Part shown: piece after piece, positions 59,542 to 64,000 of the stretch
Layout: the number at the start of each line of letters is the position of its first letter
Position numbering within the stretch: the first letter of the stretch is position 1
Origin: Candidatus Latescibacterota bacterium
GTDB lineage: Bacteria; Latescibacterota; UBA2968; UBA8231
Length of the DNA: 64,000 nt
Assembly (NCBI GenBank): GCA_965248355.1
Contig: OZ252098.1
Span: forward strand, 3,520,001-3,584,000
Direction: 5' to 3'
The notes under the pieces: model-generated
Database searches by the model: none
The model's input: the letters and a program-made list of their open reading frames with translations, nothing else
Told to the model about the DNA's origin: nothing
Translations under genes and position numbers: made by a program

Positions 59542-61241
59542 TGGCGGACCTTCGGATGCACCTCGAGGGTGAGGGCCTGCTCGCCGCGCAGCACCAAGCC
59601 AGCGGGCACCCGTCGTTCCGTCAGCACCCGCGAGGCCACGGGGCGGGTCGCGCCCGCCACCGGCGACTGCGACAGCAGCCGGCGGACGGAAGGGGGCGGC
59701 GCGGGCAGCTCGCGGCCGTCGACGCTCAGACCGGCCTCCGCAACCGTCAGCTGCACCACGAGCTCGTCCACCCGTCGAGGCCGGTTCAGACGCCGCAGCA
59801 GCTCCTGGGAGGTCGCCGGCGGGCCGGCTCCCAATCGGTCCTCCTCCCAGCCGTTGGCCGAGCGCGCCGAGCCGATCCGCACCCGCACTTCCCCGGCCGC
59901 GCCAGCGGGAACCCGCACGGGCACATCGAGGATCCGCTCGGGGCCGCGGTACGGGGTCAGCCGCACCGAGACGGTGACCTCGTCCCCGGCGTGGACACGG
60001 GGACGCTGCAGACTCGCCCCGGCGAGGCGGGCGACGCGGACCTCCTCCTCCCGCACCTCGGCCCGGACCCGCACTGCGGCCAGACCGATGTCCTCGAAGG
60101 AAGAGCGCGCCAGGGCCCGCAAGGGCAGACCGGCGTCGATGGCGGCGCCGATGGTCGCGTCGATCCCGCTGTACATCTGGTCCCAGGTCACCTTGCGGCC
60201 GTCGCTCAGCTCCATGTCGAGGGTCAACTCGATCGAGGTCTCGCCCACCGCCTTGGACGTGGACTCGAGGGCTCCCATCAGCGCCGACTGGATCAGACCG
60301 GCGGTGAAGAACCGGTGCCGGGCCACCTTGAACCGGAACTCCCGCTCCGGGCCTTCCGGGGCTACGGCCACCTCCACGGGCAGCACGTCGGCCCGCTCGC
60401 CCGTGAGCCCGGCGATCCCGCCGAAGCGATCCTGGCGCACGGCGCCGACGGTGCTCGTGGCCGCGGCGAGCTTGAAGGAGCGGAACCGGTGGTCGAGGAC
60501 GCCGAAGATGTGCGCGCCCGTCATCGGCAGGTCGATGGCGCCGCTGCCGACGAAGTCGTGGCCGAAAGCGACGAGGCGGTCTCCCTCCACGTGGGTCACC
60601 GTGCCGATGCCGACGATGCTCAAGTCCCCGCCAACCAGTTGCACCCCCACGGCGCTGCCCGGCTGGAGCGCCGGGGTCTCCCGGGACGAGTCGTCGCCGG
60701 CCGGAGACAGGAAGGGCTCCAGGCCGAGAGGAGCCAGGACCTCCGTCATGCGTTGGGTCGTTCCACGGCCGACGCCCGACACCCACACGGGCGCTGCCAG
60801 ACGGACGAGGCCCCGCGGCCTCTCCGGCGAGGGGGCCCCGGAGGATCCCCGCGCCGGAGGCGACATGTCCCGCTCCATGACCGCGAGCATCTCGTGGATG
60901 GGGGTCAGCAGCCCGACGGGCTCATCGGCCGCGGACCAGCCCCAGGCCACGGCCCCGGCCAGGCGGCCTTCCACGTACACCGGGCTGCCGCTCATGCCGG
61001 CCACCAGACCCGTCTCCTCGAGCCCCAGTCCCGACAGCCGGACGAGGATGAGATCCCGTCCGGGCAGCATGGAGTTGTGCTCCACCCCCAGGATCTCGAC
61101 GCCGAAGGTGTCGATGCGGGTGCCTTCGATGACGGTGAGGCCGTATCCGCGCATTCCCCGGGTCAGCTCCGCCACCGGAGCCAGGTCGACCCCCTGCGCC
61201 GGGGTGTGACACAGGAAGACCGGGGCCAGAGCCGGGAGCAC
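59538..61241 (-). CDS. SpoIVB peptidase S55 domain protein (start uncertain)
   Basis: GMRGYGLTVIEG, VAGMSGSPVYVEGRLAGAVAWG, AFGHDF, QDRFGGI. Confidence 0.88.
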   Translation of the reverse strand: MLPALAPVFLCHTPAQGVDLAPVAELTRGMRGYGLTVIEGTRIDTFGVEILGVEHNSMLPGRDLILVRLSGLGLEETGLVAGMSGSPVYVEGRLAGAVAWGWSAADEPVGLLTPIHEMLAVMERDMSPPARGSSGAPSPERPRGLVRLAAPVWVSGVGRGTTQRMTEVLAPLGLEPFLSPAGDDSSRETPALQPGSAVGVQLVGGDLSIVGIGTVTHVEGDRLVAFGHDFVGSGAIDLPMTGAHIFGVLDHRFRSFKLAAATSTVGAVRQDRFGGIAGLTGERADVLPVEVAVAPEGPEREFRFKVARHRFFTAGLIQSALMGALESTSKAVGETSIELTLDMELSDGRKVTWDQMYSGIDATIGAAIDAGLPLRALARSSFEDIGLAAVRVRAEVREEEVRVARLAGASLQRPRVHAGDEVTVSVRLTPYRGPERILDVPVRVPAGAAGEVRVRIGSARSANGWEEDRLGAGPPATSQELLRRLNRPRRVDELVVQLTVAEAGLSVDGRELPAPPPSVRRLLSQSPVAGATRPVASRVLTERRVPAGLVLRGEQALTLEVHPKVRQ

Positions 61242-61328
61242 GCCGCGGAGCAGCCGCCCGAAGGGCTTGGCCGGTTCTCGTAACTGATTGTACCCCAAAG
61301 AGGTGCGCCTTCGAATAGGGAGCCGGTT

Positions 61329-61417
61329 AATGTACCTGGCCACCCCCGTCGCGTCAATCGCAGGAAGGTCGATTGCGCCGGGGCCCGTTGACACCTCGCG
61401 AGCCCGAAGGGCATTCT
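61329..61417. promoter_or_regulatory. Divergent sigma70-like promoters (S55-rib operon and ftsY)
   Basis: Minus strand TTGACG-17-TACATT (61357-61329); plus strand TTGACA-18-CATTCT (61388-61417). Confidence 0.55.
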
Positions 61418-61549
61418 GTAGCGCCTTCCGGCTCGCTGCTGCGGACCTCTACGGAGTTGCCGTCCCCTGGAGTGGATCATGCGCCCTGTGGCCGGCCCCG
61501 CCATCGAAGCGGGACATCCCGGGATCCGAGGCTGAGGGGGCCTCCCGCC

Positions 61550-62458
61550 TTGCAGGGGTTCTTTCACCGCATCCGCGCCGGCCTGTCGCGCACGCGCTCG
61601 GCCGTGGTCGAAGCCGTCGCCGAGGCCGTTGGAGACCGCCGGCTCGACGGCGATCTCCTCGACGAAATCGAGGAGATCCTGATCTCGGCCGACGTGGGCA
61701 TCGACACCTCGGCGGCCATCGCCGAGGGGCTGCGCACCCGCGTCCGGGACTCCACCGGGGACGTCTTCGAGCTGTTGGCCGCCGAGCTGGAGGGGATCTT
61801 CGGCCCGGGGGAAGGCTTCGACGCCAGGCACCTTCCGGCCCGCCCCTACGTGATGCTGGTGGCCGGGGTCAACGGCGCCGGCAAGACGACGACCGTCGGC
61901 AAGCTCGCCCAGCGCTACGCGGGCGAGGGCCGCAAGGTGATGGTGGCGGCCTGCGACACCTTCCGCGCCGGCGCCGTGGCCCAGTTGCAGGTGTGGGCCG
62001 AACGCGCCGGCGCCGAGATCGTGTGCTCCCGGCAGGGCGCCGATCCGGCGGCCGTCGCCTTCGACGCGGCCCGGTCGGCCAGGGCGAGGGGCGCGGACGT
62101 GCTCCTCGTCGACACGGCGGGGCGCCTGCACACCCACGTGAACCTGATGGAAGAGCTGAAGAAGATCCGCCGGTCACTGGCCAAGTCACTCGACGGGGCG
62201 CCCCATGAGAGGCTTCTCGTCCTCGACGCGACCACCGGCCAGAACGCCCTGGTACAGGCCCGGGAGTTCCACTCGGCCCTCGACCTGACGGGCCTGGCCC
62301 TGACCAAGCTCGACGGCACCGCCCGCGGCGGCATCGCCTTCGCCCTGCGCCGCGAGCTGGAGGTGCCGATCCGTCTGCTGGGCGTGGGCGAAGGCCTCGA
62401 GGACATGCAGCCCTTCCACGGTCCGGAATTCGTCCGCGCCCTCCTCGATCGTGATTGA
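61550..62458 (+). CDS. ftsY: SRP receptor FtsY (short, NG-domain only)
   Basis: GVNGAGKTTT, DTFRAGA, DTAGRLH, DATTGQNA, TKLDGTARGG; TTG start after GAGGGG. Confidence 0.96.
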   Translation: MQGFFHRIRAGLSRTRSAVVEAVAEAVGDRRLDGDLLDEIEEILISADVGIDTSAAIAEGLRTRVRDSTGDVFELLAAELEGIFGPGEGFDARHLPARPYVMLVAGVNGAGKTTTVGKLAQRYAGEGRKVMVAACDTFRAGAVAQLQVWAERAGAEIVCSRQGADPAAVAFDAARSARARGADVLLVDTAGRLHTHVNLMEELKKIRRSLAKSLDGAPHERLLVLDATTGQNALVQAREFHSALDLTGLALTKLDGTARGGIAFALRRELEVPIRLLGVGEGLEDMQPFHGPEFVRALLDRD

Positions 62459-62510
62459 GCCGGCCGCCGAATGGCCCTCGCGACGGCGCGGCCCCGGAAC
62501 GGTGGAACGA

Positions 62511-62540
62511 TTGACAGGTTTTGCAGTGCAAAGTTAGACT
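62511..62540 (+). promoter_or_regulatory. gltA promoter with palindrome in the spacer
   Basis: TTGACA-18-TAGACT; TTTGCA-G-TGCAAA at 62520-62532. Confidence 0.6.
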
Positions 62541-62580
62541 GGTATCCGACTCCCCCCTACCACCACCAGAAGAGGCTCCG

Positions 62581-63867
62581 ATGCCGGAAACGGTCAACCT
62601 GCAACTGGGCGAACAGAAGATCGATCTTCCCGTCGTCGTCGGCAGCGAGAACGAGCACGCCATCGACATCAGCAAGCTGCGCGCTCAGACCGGTTACATC
62701 ACCCTCGACGAAGGCTACGGCAACACCGGCTCCTGCCAGAGTTCCATCACCTTCATCGATGGCGACCAGGGCATCCTCCGCTACCGCGGCATCCCCATCG
62801 AGAATCTGGCCGAGCAGAGCTCCTTCATCGAGACAGCCCACCTGCTGATCTGGGGCCGGCTGCCCACCCGGGAGCAACTCGACAGCTTCAGCAGCCACCT
62901 GACCCATCACCAGTTCCTGCGCGAGCAGCTCCGCCAGCACTTCGAGGTCTTCCCCCCGGGCTCGCCGCCCATGGCGGTGCTGTCCGCGGTGCTCAACTCC
63001 CTGGCCTGCTTCTATCCCGAGCTCCTCGACGCCGAGGACGAGAAGGTCTTCGACGAGGCGGCGGCGAGGCTGATCTCGAAGGTGCGCACCATCGCCGCCT
63101 ACTCCTACAAGCACGACATGGGCCACTACCTCGTTTACCCGCACCCGGAGAAGAACTTCTGCGAGAACTTCCTGCACATGATGTTCTCCGAGCCCTACCG
63201 GGACTACGAGCCCGACCCGGCCCTGGTCCGGGCCCTGGACGTGCTGCTGCTGCTGCACGCCGACCACGAGCAGAACTGCTCCACCTCGACGGTGCGCATG
63301 GTGGGCAGCTCCGGGGCCAACCTCTTCGCCTCGGTGGCGGCGGGCGTCTCGGCCCTGTGGGGCCGCCTTCACGGCGGGGCCAACGTGGCCGTAGTGAGCA
63401 TGCTCGAGTCGATTCTCGAGCAGGGGATCCCGGTGAAGGACTACGTGCAGCAGGTGAAGGACAAGAAGGCGGGGATCCGGCTCATGGGCTTCGGGCACCG
63501 GGTCTATAAGAACTTTGACCCGAGGGCCCGGATCATAAAGGAGCAGGCGGAATCGGTGCTGGCCAAGATCCACCGGGACGATCCGCTGCTGGGGCTGGCC
63601 GAGGAGCTGGAGGGAGCCGCCCTGGCGGACGACTACTTCAAGGAGCGCAGCCTCTATCCGAACGTCGACTTCTACTCGGGCGTGATCCTCCGCGCCCTGG
63701 GCATTCCGACGAGCATGTTCACGGTGATGTTCGCCATGGGCCGCATGCCCGGCTGGATCGCCCAGTGGTACGAGGACCGTTTCGTCACCAAGGGTCGTCT
63801 CCACCGGCCGCGGCAGGTCTACACCGGCCCCAGGGAGGTCTGCTACGTGCCCCTGAGCCAGCGCTAG
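62581..63867 (+). CDS. gltA: Citrate synthase (type II)
   Basis: HADHEQNCST, LHGGAN, MGFGHRVYKNFDPRA, YPNVDFYSG. Confidence 0.97.
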   Translation: MPETVNLQLGEQKIDLPVVVGSENEHAIDISKLRAQTGYITLDEGYGNTGSCQSSITFIDGDQGILRYRGIPIENLAEQSSFIETAHLLIWGRLPTREQLDSFSSHLTHHQFLREQLRQHFEVFPPGSPPMAVLSAVLNSLACFYPELLDAEDEKVFDEAAARLISKVRTIAAYSYKHDMGHYLVYPHPEKNFCENFLHMMFSEPYRDYEPDPALVRALDVLLLLHADHEQNCSTSTVRMVGSSGANLFASVAAGVSALWGRLHGGANVAVVSMLESILEQGIPVKDYVQQVKDKKAGIRLMGFGHRVYKNFDPRARIIKEQAESVLAKIHRDDPLLGLAEELEGAALADDYFKERSLYPNVDFYSGVILRALGIPTSMFTVMFAMGRMPGWIAQWYEDRFVTKGRLHRPRQVYTGPREVCYVPLSQR

Positions 63868-63910
63868 CCCGGCCGCCGGCAACGGCCATCCCAGTCCAGG
63901 AGCGCCACCG

Positions 63911-64000
63911 ATGCGCACCAAGAAGCTCGGACGGACCGGCCTCGAGGTCTCCATCGTCGGCCTCGGCACCGCCTTTCTCGGTATTCCCCAGGCCAACGAG
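63911..64000 (+). CDS. Aldo/keto reductase (5' fragment)
   Basis: MRTKKLGRTGLEVSIVGLGT, with AGGAG RBS. Confidence 0.8.
   Translation, partial: MRTKKLGRTGLEVSIVGLGTAFLGIPQANE

Overview
High-GC bacterial chromosomal window with about 55 CDS and one tRNA. The gene content (FlgD-Ig/T9SS-type C-terminal domains, PorV-like barrels, ~1100-aa SecA, several PhyH, Gfo/Idh/MocA and ankyrin proteins) suggests an FCB-group organism such as Latescibacterota; this is an inference. Housekeeping genes include hrpA, tgt-yajC-fmt, purC, secA, ribD-ribE-ribBA-ribH-nusB, ftsY, gltA and tRNA-Ala(GGC). Two signals are missed by the ORF track. (1) An in-frame UGA forms a U-P-F-C motif, with a SECIS-like hairpin 10 nt downstream. 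It joins two ORF fragments into one 296-aa exported thioredoxin-fold selenoprotein with a FlgD/T9SS-like tail, lying between a TlpA thioredoxin and a DUF6029-like outer-membrane protein with a C-terminal CxxxxC. Together these form a candidate trans-envelope thiol/selenol redox relay. (2) A 39-codon Cys-rich leader peptide with protector, antiterminator and intrinsic-terminator elements sits upstream of an APS reductase and a kinase-first CysC-Sat fusion, a candidate cysteine-sensing attenuator. Also present: a T9SS-like gene cluster, a frameshifted lipoprotein gene, a RibBA with a degenerate RibB domain, a probable CTG start for fmt, and a VapBC module. All family assignments are from motif recognition by eye; no database searches were run.
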